From a virus (taxonomy: Duplodnaviria > Heunggongvirae > Uroviricota > Caudoviricetes), in the IMG/VR virus record IMGVR_UViG_3300042400_000593: a DNA stretch of 64,000 nucleotides. The stretch is one strand, 5' to 3'. A model generated the notes under the pieces. The model saw only the letters and a list, made by a program, of their open reading frames with translations. It had not been told where the DNA came from and did no database searches. The position numbers and the translations under genes are program-made. Each line of letters opens with the position of its first letter. The stretch's first letter is position 1. Positions 1-9,850 of this stretch are shown here, piece after piece.

Positions 1-1
1 T

Positions 2-919
2 TTCTGTAGGATTAATAGAAACAAGTTTTAATGGTTCGAACGTTTTTAAGTATTTTAATTTTTCAACTAGTTTATCTTTTGGTACAGATTTTTTAGCACG
101 CGGTGCTTTGTTAACTTTACTTTCTTCAATTAACATAGTACACGCAGATTCGACTTCTTTGTAAAATGCAATTAAACTTTTAATTTCTCGTTTACTTTTA
201 TGATTATATGCTTCTTGTAACTGTTCATACGCATCGTGCTTTTCTTCATCAGCAGGTTTACCAGCAGCAAGTTCTTCTAATTCCAACAAATTACGCGAGT
301 ACATGTCTTTAATAATACGTGCATGCGCTGCTTTTGCTTCCTTAGCTTTAAGCGCATTTATTACTTTAATAGCTTTAGGATCAAACGTAGCTGTGTTAGT
401 TATCCATTGGTCTACAGCATCTTCAATGACTTCTGTCATACCAATTGCGGCTTCTTTTACACGAGCTTGTATATTAATAACTGCAGCTGGCTTTTTAACT
501 TCACTTTCTTCATCTGGTTCAATGTCTACTTCACCTGCTTCAATTGTAGCAGCAATAGCATCTCTTAGCCAAGCAGCCGCATCTCTTCCGTTATTAAAAG
601 TGTCATGAACAGCTGGCATACCTCTGAGGAGACAAGAAGCAATAGAACCCATAGTAGTACTTGTGCGCCAATCTTTAGTAGCTTTATAAGTGTTAATATA
701 TTCTGTGTTACAGCCATTTAGTGTCATCCATTTAACAACTGCAGGTTTTAAATCTTTTACGCTAAACTGCAGGTTATAGTATTGCATAGCGTTATGCCAT
801 TTTTTTCTATATTCAGTAGGCGTCCAATCTTCCCAGTTGTCCCAAACAGGACTGCTATCCTTTTTAGCATTTTCACGTATTGTAACAGAGGTTACTTTTG
901 TTTTTTTCTTAAGTGCCAT
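2..919 (-). CDS. Conserved phage hypothetical protein, truncated at window start
   Basis: Open frame from ATG at 919 (MALKKKTKVTSVTIRENAKKDSSPVW...) to the window edge; missed by the ORF track because it has no stop in the window. Confidence 0.8.
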   Translation of the reverse strand, partial: MALKKKTKVTSVTIRENAKKDSSPVWDNWEDWTPTEYRKKWHNAMQYYNLQFSVKDLKPAVVKWMTLNGCNTEYINTYKATKDWRTSTTMGSIASCLLRGMPAVHDTFNNGRDAAAWLRDAIAATIEAGEVDIEPDEESEVKKPAAVINIQARVKEAAIGMTEVIEDAVDQWITNTATFDPKAIKVINALKAKEAKAAHARIIKDMYSRNLLELEELAAGKPADEEKHDAYEQLQEAYNHKSKREIKSLIAFYKEVESACTMLIEESKVNKAPRAKKSVPKDKLVEKLKYLKTFEPLKLVSINPTE

Positions 920-926
920 ATTATTC

Positions 927-1727
927 CTATGTCCACATGTGATGTCTAACTTTAATGAGTCTAATCATCATATCTTCGTCTTCTTGTTCTTGTGCTAATT
1001 CAATATCATTACTAAGCATTAATAATTTTAATGATTTTTCTTCTTCCTCTTTAGTACGGTTATTGTTAAACATTGTACCATACTTTTCTTCTTCGTAATT
1101 GTAAAAATCACCAAGACCTGATTCGTCTATTGGATCTTTACGTTTAGGATATTCTTCAGTCCACCATAAGTACAATTTTTTTATTTCAATTGCAGCAAGT
1201 GCTTGTGGAGATAGATCATAATGTGTTTTATCTTTATTTTCGTAAACTAACTCTGATGCCCAATCTAAGTAATCTAAACCAGCTTGTTTACTACGCCATG
1301 ATCTCCAATGAAAGTTTGGAACATTGTACTTTTCGTATTGTGCTTTATCATCCCAACGAATAAAATTCCAAGCAAGTTCAACTTCAACAAAGTCAACTAG
1401 TTCATTAAACATACAAGGTAAAAATCTATAACCAACATCACACCAGTCACCTGGTTTAATGTCTTTAGGATGTGCAGTTAACCCGTGTGTACGACTAACC
1501 CATCTGTTTTCAACATAATATTTAATATTGTAAAAAGTATCTGATGGAAACATAACAATATCTTGAAGTTTATCAAGTAGTTCTTCTGCAATCCAAAAGC
1601 GAAGTGGGTGGGTGGCCTTTGCAAGTTTTTGAATAGAGACCCACCCTTCACTAGACTCATATTCTGGATATTTTGTACCGCGGATCCAATCCGCAAAATC
1701 ACCGCATGACCAATAGTTACTTCTCAT
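927..1727 (-). CDS. Hypothetical protein, Trp-rich
   Basis: 266-aa ORF co-oriented in operon. Confidence 0.75.
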   Translation of the reverse strand: MRSNYWSCGDFADWIRGTKYPEYESSEGWVSIQKLAKATHPLRFWIAEELLDKLQDIVMFPSDTFYNIKYYVENRWVSRTHGLTAHPKDIKPGDWCDVGYRFLPCMFNELVDFVEVELAWNFIRWDDKAQYEKYNVPNFHWRSWRSKQAGLDYLDWASELVYENKDKTHYDLSPQALAAIEIKKLYLWWTEEYPKRKDPIDESGLGDFYNYEEEKYGTMFNNNRTKEEEEKSLKLLMLSNDIELAQEQEDEDMMIRLIKVRHHMWT

Positions 1728-1731
1728 TTGT

Positions 1732-2100
1732 TTATCCTCTTGTTAAAAATGGTGTTAGTTCAGGAGCGGAATATGTAGCTGGTTTTAGAACCTTGCCATC
1801 TTCCCTTTTAATAACTTTACCAGTCGCTGGATCTACTTTAGACATATTTGATCTAATTACTTCATTCCATGCACCTTCGGCATCTGCACCTAATGAATGT
1901 AACGCGCCTACAACTACAACTAAAATATCAATCAATGCATCAAGTTGTTCAACTTTATCATCTTGATCAACTGCGTCCTGTAGTTCTTGTACTTCTTCTT
2001 TGATTAAGTCTAAGTACATATTATATTGTGATTTGTTATAATTGTCAACTGTTTGATCACCGGCAATCATAAATTTTTCTTGGTCTTTGAAAATAGACAT
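1732..2100 (-). CDS. MazG-like / PRA-PH family nucleotide pyrophosphohydrolase
   Basis: LIKEEVQEL...EQLDALIDILVV...WNEVIRSNMSK...REDGKVLKP motifs; GAGGA RBS before MSIFKD at 2100. Confidence 0.85.
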   Translation of the reverse strand: MSIFKDQEKFMIAGDQTVDNYNKSQYNMYLDLIKEEVQELQDAVDQDDKVEQLDALIDILVVVVGALHSLGADAEGAWNEVIRSNMSKVDPATGKVIKREDGKVLKPATYSAPELTPFLTRG

Positions 2101-2243
2101 AGTGTTCCTCTTGGTTTGTTTTTGTATCTGCTTTATTTTTTCTTGTGTTGCTCGTAAATCTTCTATAATTAATTTATCTAGTTCGTAAGTTATCTCTTTT
2201 TTTAGATCTTTTAATATACGTTCTTCAATAGTTGGTTTACGTT

Positions 2244-2438
2244 TCATCTTCTTACGTTGTCTGTGAATGCCCAGCCTAAGCAAATAATCCATATTACTAC
2301 AGACCAGCCGGCTAAGAAGTTAAAAATAAAAATTGGCATAAAATTATTATGTCCACGTTCGCTTGCTATAAGTGTCGGAGCAAAGTATATAAAAAATGTC
2401 AATATTGCCGCAAACAGGATTATAATATCAATCATCAT
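2244..2438 (-). CDS. imm: Superinfection immunity membrane protein (T4 Imm family)
   Basis: IYFAPTLIA..RGH.N...IFIFNFLAGWSVVIWIICLGWA matches the Imm_superinfect pattern. Confidence 0.8.
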   Translation of the reverse strand: MMIDIIILFAAILTFFIYFAPTLIASERGHNNFMPIFIFNFLAGWSVVIWIICLGWAFTDNVRR

Positions 2439-2518
2439 CTTCCGGTTCCATTGCTGAGTATATTAACGCGCATTCTTCTAACATTTTAAATTCTCTTTGC
2501 ATACTTGTCAATTCTTCT

Positions 2519-2713
2519 TCATTCATTTTTAATGTCTTTAGTTAGGGTTGGTGTAACACATCCAACTGGTTTAGGTCGGACGTATGGTTCTTTTATAAAC
2601 TCTACGTGGCAATCCACGCATATAAACATATCCCTAGATACTATTATTAGCATCCCAGCGCCGCAACGCGGACACTGGTTCCCTGTTACTTCATCATATG
2701 ACTGTGTGGTCAT
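2519..2713 (-). CDS. Small zinc-ribbon protein
   Basis: CPRC-x13-CVDC. Confidence 0.6.
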   Translation of the reverse strand: MTTQSYDEVTGNQCPRCGAGMLIIVSRDMFICVDCHVEFIKEPYVRPKPVGCVTPTLTKDIKNE

Positions 2714-4068
2714 TTAGTCTTTCCCATTGCACTATCAAACTGATCCTGAACTCTTTCTAATGAATCAGCTTCTGTTTTGTCTTTACGGAATTCTACAAAT
2801 CTTGGTAAAAACAAACTGTAATACACATTGCTTGATGTTGGCGGCATAATGTTGTTGGATCTAACTGTTACAATTGTTCCATATAATTCATCTTTGCGAT
2901 TAAAGATGTCTTTACGTAAATCATCTGTAAATCCTGATACGTTAACTACTAACTTGCTATCTGATGATTGACATGTAATAGATCCAAACAATGCAGCATT
3001 CTTACCATTACCTTCTGTAAATGCTACAATTTCTAAATCAACATCTACTTCAAGTTTAAGTTTAACTTGATCTTTGCTTGTACCGTCACGCCATTTAGCA
3101 TCTGGACGTTTAATAATAGTACCTTCAAGTCCTTGTTCTACTAACTCAAGATAATGGTTAAATGCTTCTTCCCATGAAAACACTAATTTTGTTTCAATCA
3201 TTTGTACATGTTGTGGATCAGTTACTGCTTGCGATGCAACTTGATTTTTTAATGGATAGTATCTATCAGCATATTCTACAGTGCCTTTACCTTTTGGTAC
3301 AGCTTCAGATAACGGAATTTGATCCCATATTAAAAATAAAGGTTCTTCATTTTCAGCAAACGAACCACCATCTGCTATACTGTTTAAGATACCATTGCCT
3401 ATTTCACGTGGCAAAATAACACCATCACGCTTTACAACAAGTTCACCATGTGTTTGTGTATTACAATGCATTTTACGTTGCATGTAATCAATGATGTTTT
3501 TAAACGGTTCTAATGGCATTGGATTACCACTTCTGCTTAATAACTCAATAGACAAGTCTTCATAGAAGTTAGCATTGATATACATGCCATCTGCTTTTAA
3601 CTGTGAATACACGCCTTTAGACCATGGCCAAGTATCAAGTTTAACATGTTTAGGTAATGAGCAACGTTGATATGGAAACTCTGGAATTAATCCTTTCCAT
3701 ACTTTATTTACTGTAGCTGCTTGTACACCGCAACGTAAGTCTTTATTTATAACTTTGATAACGACTTGTGCATCACTTTCTGTTACAGATTCTAAAATAT
3801 TTTTAAGATGATCAATGCCTGCGTAACCTGTATAAGTACGGTCAGCTAATGCATGTAAGTGAACAATAGCTTCGTCAAGAAGCATTGTAGGTGTTCCTGT
3901 ATTAGGAATGTAATCAGGAATTTTTTTGATGTTAAAAGGAAGTAATTTATTAGTGGCACAAAAGCACACATCTTTCAATAATTCATTAGTGCTATTGTTT
4001 TTAAGAATGTCAATTTTGCTGTTAGTTTTTGGTTCATTAGCTAACTGTTCTAAAATTGCAGTGATCAT
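2710..4068 (-). CDS. ATP-dependent DNA ligase (T4 gp30-like)
   Basis: Motif I SQLKADG, EGTIIK, KLKLE and C-terminal OB fold with LFLPRF. Confidence 0.95.
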   Translation of the reverse strand: MITAILEQLANEPKTNSKIDILKNNSTNELLKDVCFCATNKLLPFNIKKIPDYIPNTGTPTMLLDEAIVHLHALADRTYTGYAGIDHLKNILESVTESDAQVVIKVINKDLRCGVQAATVNKVWKGLIPEFPYQRCSLPKHVKLDTWPWSKGVYSQLKADGMYINANFYEDLSIELLSRSGNPMPLEPFKNIIDYMQRKMHCNTQTHGELVVKRDGVILPREIGNGILNSIADGGSFAENEEPLFLIWDQIPLSEAVPKGKGTVEYADRYYPLKNQVASQAVTDPQHVQMIETKLVFSWEEAFNHYLELVEQGLEGTIIKRPDAKWRDGTSKDQVKLKLEVDVDLEIVAFTEGNGKNAALFGSITCQSSDSKLVVNVSGFTDDLRKDIFNRKDELYGTIVTVRSNNIMPPTSSNVYYSLFLPRFVEFRKDKTEADSLERVQDQFDSAMGKTK

Positions 4069-4097
4069 GTGTACTCCTAGTAATTAATTAAAATGCT

Positions 4098-4126
4098 ATT
4101 ATACAACAGTACACATAACTTGTCAA
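4098..4126 (-). promoter_or_regulatory. sigma70-type early promoter
   Basis: TTGACA-17 nt-TATAAT upstream of ligase. Similar boxes at 5773-5801, 9433-9458, 12370-12397, 15523-15550, 26792-26819 and near 19497, 21314, 42317, 50771. Confidence 0.85.
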
Positions 4127-4132
4127 CTGATT

Positions 4133-4801
4133 TTACATATAATGTGCTCTATGCACTGCATCTGTATAACCAACATCAATTACAACTGGTTTACCGTTAA
4201 ATATACCCCAATTAGCTGTTCTTACGAAGTCAAATAACCCGATATTAAAATTAACTGCAAGCTCAGTTAATGCCTGTGCATATTCTTCGCATAACTCAAC
4301 ATCTTCGTCTGTGTAATTAAAGCGTTCTGATTGTAATTCACGGATAACTTCATTGTGACTTAATATCAGACCTTTTGCATCGGTACTAGCTGCTGCCATT
4401 GAAACTAATAACTGTAATGTACCGCACTTCATTATGTTACACAATTGTTTTTCAGTAGCTTTCTGTGCTTTTTCCATATGAATCCAAACAGGAGCATCAT
4501 GCGCTTCGTCATAATCAATAATTGGAATAGTAATACCTAATTGTTGCACATAACCATCATCTAATATATTTGCTTCTGCTTTGTTTTGTGCCATGCCTTT
4601 TATATTATGGGCAACTTTAAGAACAGTAGTCCTACCTAGGTATTCTATTTCAAATGCAGTCCTTGATGAGCCCCTGCCTAACTTTTGAGCTCGTGCTGCA
4701 GTATAATCCATTCTTTTTTTGTAAGTGTTATCCGGAGTAAATACATTGCTATCCCAATCCGGAGGTAAGGGAGCTTCGTTGAGTAATTCTGATATTTTCA
4801 T
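4133..4801 (-). CDS. Protein-kinase-like fold protein with MKISELLNE leader
   Basis: Gly loop LGRGSSR, VLK Lys, helix-C Glu, D-x4-NW catalytic-loop-like segment, VIDVG; TAAATA at 4807-4812. Confidence 0.65.
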   Translation of the reverse strand: MKISELLNEAPLPPDWDSNVFTPDNTYKKRMDYTAARAQKLGRGSSRTAFEIEYLGRTTVLKVAHNIKGMAQNKAEANILDDGYVQQLGITIPIIDYDEAHDAPVWIHMEKAQKATEKQLCNIMKCGTLQLLVSMAAASTDAKGLILSHNEVIRELQSERFNYTDEDVELCEEYAQALTELAVNFNIGLFDFVRTANWGIFNGKPVVIDVGYTDAVHRAHYM

Positions 4802-4919
4802 ACTATTATTTAGTCATCACAATCTAATAAAACCATTAATGTTATAATTGTAAAAATTATCGCAATCATTACTGCTCCAAATTCGTCTGCTATGTTAACC
4901 ATACTTTTCCCCCTTAGAC

Positions 4920-4947
4920 AAGAAAGGGGACCTAAGTCCCCTTTCTT
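4920..4947. terminator. Intrinsic terminator hairpin
   Basis: AAGAAAGGGGA-cctaag-TCCCCTTTCTT; others at about 9780-9805, 12415-12437, 26365-26390, 53237-53262. Confidence 0.75.
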
Positions 4948-5006
4948 AAAGTACTTAACTATTAATATTTATTAAGCAGATAAGTCTTGTTTTAGAAATT
5001 TTGAAT

Positions 5007-5180
5007 TTATCTTTCTTTGTGATGTTCTAAAGGAAGATGATGTCCTGGATGTTTGTAGTGTCGCTTGTAGTAGTGATCAAAGTTACCATCACGTAAATAC
5101 TCACGATGTACAGGCTGTTCAGTACAGCCTGTAGTTAAATATGCCGCTAAAAATATACTAGCGACGAGTAATAATTTCAT
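5007..5180 (-). CDS. Small His-rich putative lipoprotein
   Basis: Hydrophobic leader with LTTGC lipobox; overlaps the clpP stop. Confidence 0.45.
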   Translation of the reverse strand: MKLLLVASIFLAAYLTTGCTEQPVHREYLRDGNFDHYYKRHYKHPGHHLPLEHHKER

Positions 5181-5739
5181 CAACAAGTCCATAATCCACA
5201 CTCTCTTGAGCACTCATAAAATAGTCACGACTCATATCTTGTTTGAGTTTATCAAACGATTGACCAGTATTTTTTACATACACTTCTGTTAAGTAGGTAT
5301 TTAACTTCAATGTTTCTTCAAGTGCAATTTGCATGTCAATAGCAGTACCGCGTGTACCTGAACTAACTTGATGGATCATGTGTCTTGCGCTTGGAAGAAT
5401 TTTACGTTTACCTTTAGCACCTGAGCTAGCAAGTAAGCTACCCATGCTGCATGCTTGACCCATTACAATAGTTGAAACATCAGGTTTGATAAAGTTCATT
5501 GTATCAAGAATAGCAAGTCCTGCCGTAACTGAACCGCCTGGACTGTTAATAAAGAAACTAATATCTTCGTTGCCTTGACTTTCTAAAAAAAGCAACTGAG
5601 CAACAATAATACTTGCAGAATGCTCGTTAACATCTGAATCAAGCATAAGAATTCTATCTTTAAGCAATCGCGAATAAATGTCATAGGATCGTTCGCCTTT
5701 TGCTTCTGACTCTACAACCATTGGGATTAAAGCTGGCAT
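5158..5739 (-). CDS. clpP: ATP-dependent Clp protease proteolytic subunit
   Basis: [31 protein letters not shown] (catalytic Ser), MIHQ, RDYFMSA. Confidence 0.97.
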   Translation of the reverse strand: MPALIPMVVESEAKGERSYDIYSRLLKDRILMLDSDVNEHSASIIVAQLLFLESQGNEDISFFINSPGGSVTAGLAILDTMNFIKPDVSTIVMGQACSMGSLLASSGAKGKRKILPSARHMIHQVSSGTRGTAIDMQIALEETLKLNTYLTEVYVKNTGQSFDKLKQDMSRDYFMSAQESVDYGLVDEIITRR

Positions 5740-5803
5740 ATATGTATCTCCTTGTTAAGTAATAAAAATATAATTATACAGTAAATGTTACAGTTTGTCA
5801 ACA

Positions 5804-6037
5804 CTAACGTTTAGCGTTGACAACCGTAATATCAGGTCCATTACTAACAAAACTTAGTTGTCCCATATATCCTTCAAACTGATGACCATTCCACTCAAGA
5901 TGTAATTTAACATTTTTATCAATTACTACGTTAAGGTGTTTCTTTTCCTTAAACGATGCAACCTCTGCAACCATCTTTTTACCGTTATCTTCACAGATAA
6001 TTTCGCATGTGTCATCTACATATTCTCGTCTTTGCAT
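5804..6037 (-). CDS. Hypothetical protein
   Basis: 77-aa ORF, TAATG coupling to upstream ORF. Confidence 0.7.
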   Translation of the reverse strand: MQRREYVDDTCEIICEDNGKKMVAEVASFKEKKHLNVVIDKNVKLHLEWNGHQFEGYMGQLSFVSNGPDITVVNAKR

Positions 6038-6201
6038 TATTCCCCCGATACAGCGTTATGAAGTTCGACTAGTTGTGCTTCTAATGTTGCAATGTAGTTT
6101 TCAAGTTTATCAATGTGATCTGCAACTTGAGTTAAAAAAGTGTTAGTATTAGTTGATGTTGTTCTAATCATCTCACTAATTGAAATTTTTTCTTCTGTCA
6201 T
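6037..6201 (-). CDS. Small coiled-coil hypothetical protein (54 aa)
   Basis: MTEEKISISEMIR...VSGE*; AAGGA RBS; read by eye, below ORF-track cutoff. Confidence 0.65.
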   Translation of the reverse strand: MTEEKISISEMIRTTSTNTNTFLTQVADHIDKLENYIATLEAQLVELHNAVSGE

Positions 6202-6209
6202 AATATCCT

Positions 6210-6542
6210 TTATAGTTGAATGTTAAGTTCAGTTACTTTTTTAGTTATAGTATTACGACCATACCCTAAAACTATAGCTGTTTCTTGACGTCTATTTTCA
6301 TTAAACTCAAGTGCAGTTTTGATTAACACATGTTCTGCATCAGCTCCGATATTTTTAATCGCAGGATCTTTATTAACTAACAATTGAATAACTTCGGCAC
6401 GCAATAAATCTTTCCAAGATTTATTAGGACCGGTTACAAGTTGTTGATAGTCTTTTACTTGACTTTCGAGAGATTTAATTTTGTCTTCTAGCCCGTTAAT
6501 ATAATCGTCAATTTGTGCTAGAGTTAAATTTTTTGTATCCAT
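6210..6542 (-). CDS. Fis/NtrC-type helix-turn-helix (HTH_8) DNA-binding protein
   Basis: EHVLIKTALEFNENRRQETAIVLGYGRNTITKKVTELNI resembles the NtrC C-terminal HTH. Confidence 0.75.
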   Translation of the reverse strand: MDTKNLTLAQIDDYINGLEDKIKSLESQVKDYQQLVTGPNKSWKDLLRAEVIQLLVNKDPAIKNIGADAEHVLIKTALEFNENRRQETAIVLGYGRNTITKKVTELNIQL

Positions 6543-6551
6543 AATAACTCC

Positions 6552-7331
6552 TTAAATAGTAATGTATTGTAACTTAAACTTATCATGCATGTGTTCTCCA
6601 GGATATCCTCTAGAATTGTTTAGCATAACACATTCGTTAACAATTGGTGTTTTTGGATCGTGTTGATGTCCAAAGAAAGCATAATCAAAATTAGTTAATA
6701 AATGATCTAAATTAGATCCAAACAACCCATTCATAATAGGATCATTTTTATAATGATCAGCAGTTGTTTGCATCGATGGTGAATGATGAGTAATTAAAAT
6801 ATTGTTGTCATAACCAGCCTTGTCAACATGTTCCACCCATTTAACAAAGTGTTTATGACGTGCAAGTATGTCGGGTACACTAACACGAGCTTCGCCATTA
6901 AAAATAACTCGATAGTCATTTATTAATGTAGGTGCGCGTATTAATGTAAATGGATCTTCATTATTATAATCAGTCCATAATGTACCGCCTACAAACAAGT
7001 TATTATCGATGACTATATAGTCACCGTTGAGAATATGAAAGTTTTCGTATGGAAGTAATTCTTTCAATGTATCTATTGCTTCGTCAATCGACGAACCATA
7101 ATATTCATGATTTCCCATAACCATAAGCACATGCTTAAACTTATCAGTAACAGTATCAAAGAAATTTGTAATATCGTCACCATCACTTGTTCTAGTTGAT
7201 TCTGTAATTCTTTTAAATCTTGATACATTAAGTATATCTCCAGCTAAAATTAGCACATCTGCAGGTTCAATATCGTCTAAGATTAATGGTTCAAATTCAA
7301 AATGTAAATCTGATGCATAAGCAATTTTCAT
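6552..7331 (-). CDS. Calcineurin-like metallophosphoesterase
   Basis: SDLH, AGDI, GNHE, THH.P, GHQH. Confidence 0.9.
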   Translation of the reverse strand: MKIAYASDLHFEFEPLILDDIEPADVLILAGDILNVSRFKRITESTRTSDGDDITNFFDTVTDKFKHVLMVMGNHEYYGSSIDEAIDTLKELLPYENFHILNGDYIVIDNNLFVGGTLWTDYNNEDPFTLIRAPTLINDYRVIFNGEARVSVPDILARHKHFVKWVEHVDKAGYDNNILITHHSPSMQTTADHYKNDPIMNGLFGSNLDHLLTNFDYAFFGHQHDPKTPIVNECVMLNNSRGYPGEHMHDKFKLQYITI

Positions 7332-7339
7332 ATTCTCTC

Positions 7340-7558
7340 CTACAATCTATAAACAACTCTACCCTTGTTAAGATCGTATGCGCTAACTTCGATCTTAACT
7401 TTGTCACCAGCAATAACTCTAATCTTGTGCCGTTTAAGCTTCCCGCTTGTATAGCACACTAATTCATGTTCAGATTGATCTATTTTAACTCTAAACATGT
7501 TACCCGGTAACACTTCATTTACTTTTCCTGTAAATTCAATTATATCTTCTTTGCTCAT
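7340..7558 (-). CDS. infA: Translation initiation factor IF-1
   Basis: KEDIIEF.GKV.EVLPGNMFRV...SGKLK.HKIRV..GDKV..EVSAYDL.KGR+VYR. Confidence 0.95.
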   Translation of the reverse strand: MSKEDIIEFTGKVNEVLPGNMFRVKIDQSEHELVCYTSGKLKRHKIRVIAGDKVKIEVSAYDLNKGRVVYRL

Positions 7559-7570
7559 ATATCTCCAATG

Positions 7571-7945
7571 TTAGTATTTGTGAAAGCTGCCTTGAAAGCA
7601 ATGACGAAGTTCATGTCCAAATGTCCAGTAGTCTGGAGTTCTTGATGTCATAATAAGACATGAATCGCCAAATATTGTAGTAGTCCAAAATGAACACGCT
7701 TCGATCGGTTTAGGATAACCACTAAACCCTCGACGTTTACTTTCTTTGTCGCACCCTGCTCTAATATCATCTACTTGAACCCATTTGACAGTTGTTTTAT
7801 CTGTAAGATTAGTTTTTGCAGAAAACTTATCATATGGTGATTCAGCGGCAGTTGCAGTAATTGCAGTTAAGAACAATGTAGCAAAAAAAGCATGTTTCAT
7901 AGTAGTTACCCCGTGTGCTGTAAATAAAGTAATATTATAGTACAT
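7571..7945 (-). CDS. Secreted hypothetical protein with GHELRHC motif
   Basis: Signal peptide MKHAFFATLFLTAITATA; HExxH-like C-terminus. Confidence 0.65.
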   Translation of the reverse strand: MYYNITLFTAHGVTTMKHAFFATLFLTAITATAAESPYDKFSAKTNLTDKTTVKWVQVDDIRAGCDKESKRRGFSGYPKPIEACSFWTTTIFGDSCLIMTSRTPDYWTFGHELRHCFQGSFHKY

Positions 7946-7958
7946 TTTGTGTGCTACG

Positions 7959-8489
7959 TCAAACTTTATTTAGCTCTTTTACTTGTGCAATCATATCATT
8001 TAATAACACTGGTCTATAGTCATGATGCTCAACACAAACATTAACATATCTAGGATCAGGAACATCACCGTCCATTACTAGGTTACTATGCAAATGACCA
8101 TGTAGCTGTCCGCTCCATCTATTCAGTTCACTTGGGTGAATTGGAATATGACTCATTAACACATTTTGTTGAACATGGTATGCTCTAATATCTCTAAAGT
8201 AAGGAGTATACTCATTAAGTCTAAAGATATCGTGGTTGCCTTTGATAAGAACCATATCTTTACAATGTAATCTTGCTAACGTTGACAACGCTCTGCGATT
8301 AATTGCAACATCACCAAGAATGTACAATTTGTCAGTTGGTTTAACAGTTTCGTTGAACCGTTTAATAAGTTCTTCATCCATCTCTTCGTAGTTATCCCAC
8401 GGACGAACTGGTTTACCAGTTGATGATATAAATTTACAAATTCCAACGTGTCCAAAGTGAGGATCAGACGTTACCCATACATCTTGCAT
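7959..8489 (-). CDS. Calcineurin-like phosphoesterase (phage type)
   Basis: TSDPHFGH, ILGDV, KGNHD, SHIP, HGHLH. Confidence 0.9.
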   Translation of the reverse strand: MQDVWVTSDPHFGHVGICKFISSTGKPVRPWDNYEEMDEELIKRFNETVKPTDKLYILGDVAINRRALSTLARLHCKDMVLIKGNHDIFRLNEYTPYFRDIRAYHVQQNVLMSHIPIHPSELNRWSGQLHGHLHSNLVMDGDVPDPRYVNVCVEHHDYRPVLLNDMIAQVKELNKV

Positions 8490-8497
8490 TAGTTCTC

Positions 8498-8959
8498 CTA
8501 TACATGCCAAATTTCAGCAAAGCCTTCTTCTTCAGATGGCATTTGAAAAATACTAGTCATCGATGCAATAACTGCATCGGATATGTTTTTGCCTGGACGA
8601 CTTGCTAATCGTCTTGTAAGTTCATCAGGGTCTGGTGTAGAAAATACTACAGCAATCTTTTTATAACATAGAAACAGTTTTAACTTGTTAGCTCGCGACT
8701 TAACTGTTAAATTAGTTTGATCCCATATTGCATCGGTTTCTGCCACATTTGTAGTGATTGCTCGTTTGTTTAATAGTTGAGTTGCAGTTTTAACATAATC
8801 ATCAAAAACTTCATTGTATGTTTTTCCAACTGACACTGCATACTCCTCTATAAACTTGTCTGAGCTAAGATACACACAATTCTTAGCCCAACTTTGATTG
8901 TTAACCCATGTAGACTTACCTGAACCAGGTACACCTACTAACATATAAAGTGTATTCAT
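8498..8959 (-). CDS. AAA_33 P-loop kinase (polynucleotide-kinase-like)
   Basis: GVPGSGKST Walker A, DQTNL, lid RLASR. Confidence 0.85.
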   Translation of the reverse strand: MNTLYMLVGVPGSGKSTWVNNQSWAKNCVYLSSDKFIEEYAVSVGKTYNEVFDDYVKTATQLLNKRAITTNVAETDAIWDQTNLTVKSRANKLKLFLCYKKIAVVFSTPDPDELTRRLASRPGKNISDAVIASMTSIFQMPSEEEGFAEIWHV

Positions 8960-8968
8960 GTTTATTCC

Positions 8969-9397
8969 TTATTGTTTTTTTAATTCCCAAGTTTCCATTG
9001 CTAGCTTTGTTGTAACAGGAGACTTACCGTGAATAAAATTAAGTTGGTTACCGCTATCACTTACAACAAAGTATAATGGATCAGCATTACCGCCCATTTG
9101 GCCAACACACGATGTATTATCAAACACATATAATGTTGAACCTGTTACATCAGGTTGTGCTGGACGTCCGTTACCAGTTGCAGCAAAATACGATCTTACT
9201 ACAACCATATTAGTATTAGTTACAGTTACCGACATAATTTGACTTTCCATATAACCAATAACCGGGATCTTGTTAATAAATTGTTGTTCAGTATATTGGC
9301 CGTAGCCTACATATTTACCAATTATTGTTTTAGGACAAGTTGCATGTGCAGTTAATGTAGTTAATCCAAGTGTTGCTGCTAAAAGTAAACGTTTCAT
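8969..9397 (-). CDS. Secreted hypothetical protein
   Basis: Signal peptide MKRLLLAATLGLTTLTAHA. Confidence 0.7.
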   Translation of the reverse strand: MKRLLLAATLGLTTLTAHATCPKTIIGKYVGYGQYTEQQFINKIPVIGYMESQIMSVTVTNTNMVVVRSYFAATGNGRPAQPDVTGSTLYVFDNTSCVGQMGGNADPLYFVVSDSGNQLNFIHGKSPVTTKLAMETWELKKQ

Positions 9398-9470
9398 GTG
9401 CGCTCCTGTGTAGTTATTAAGTATGCATATATTATATTATTGTACATTGCAATTGTCAATAAATATTTAC

Positions 9471-9779
9471 ATGAAACCACGAGATTTAAACATCATACTT
9501 AATAGATTAAGACAGTCTGCTAAAAAACGCGGAATTGAATTTAATTTAAAAACTACTGATTTAGACGAAATTGGAATTCCAATCTCATGTCCTATTTTAG
9601 GAATACCGTTACATTGGCATAATGGAAAAGCTGAAGACGATTCTTATTCTATTGATAGAATAGATTCAAATAAAGGATATGTGAAAGATAATATACAGTT
9701 TATGTCTGTAAAGGCAAATCGCGCCAAAAACAACTTAACAAGCGCAGAACTAAAGTTACTTAGTACATACTATAAATAA
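9471..9779 (+). CDS. HNH-like (His-Me finger) endonuclease
   Basis: CP+LG+PL...SIDRIDSNKGYVKDNIQFMS..AN..K; TAAATA just upstream. Confidence 0.8.
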   Translation: MKPRDLNIILNRLRQSAKKRGIEFNLKTTDLDEIGIPISCPILGIPLHWHNGKAEDDSYSIDRIDSNKGYVKDNIQFMSVKANRAKNNLTSAELKLLSTYYK

Positions 9780-9850
9780 AAAAATGCGCTTGTTACAGCG
9801 CATTTAAATGTTGTTAAATTATAATTATTTTATATGTGTTTACGTTACGC

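Noticed and set aside
1732-2292. 186-aa version of the MazG-like protein
   Set aside because: A strong GAGGA RBS precedes MSIFKD at 2100; the upstream in-frame stretch may be an extension or separate peptide, but there is no evidence for a functional fusion
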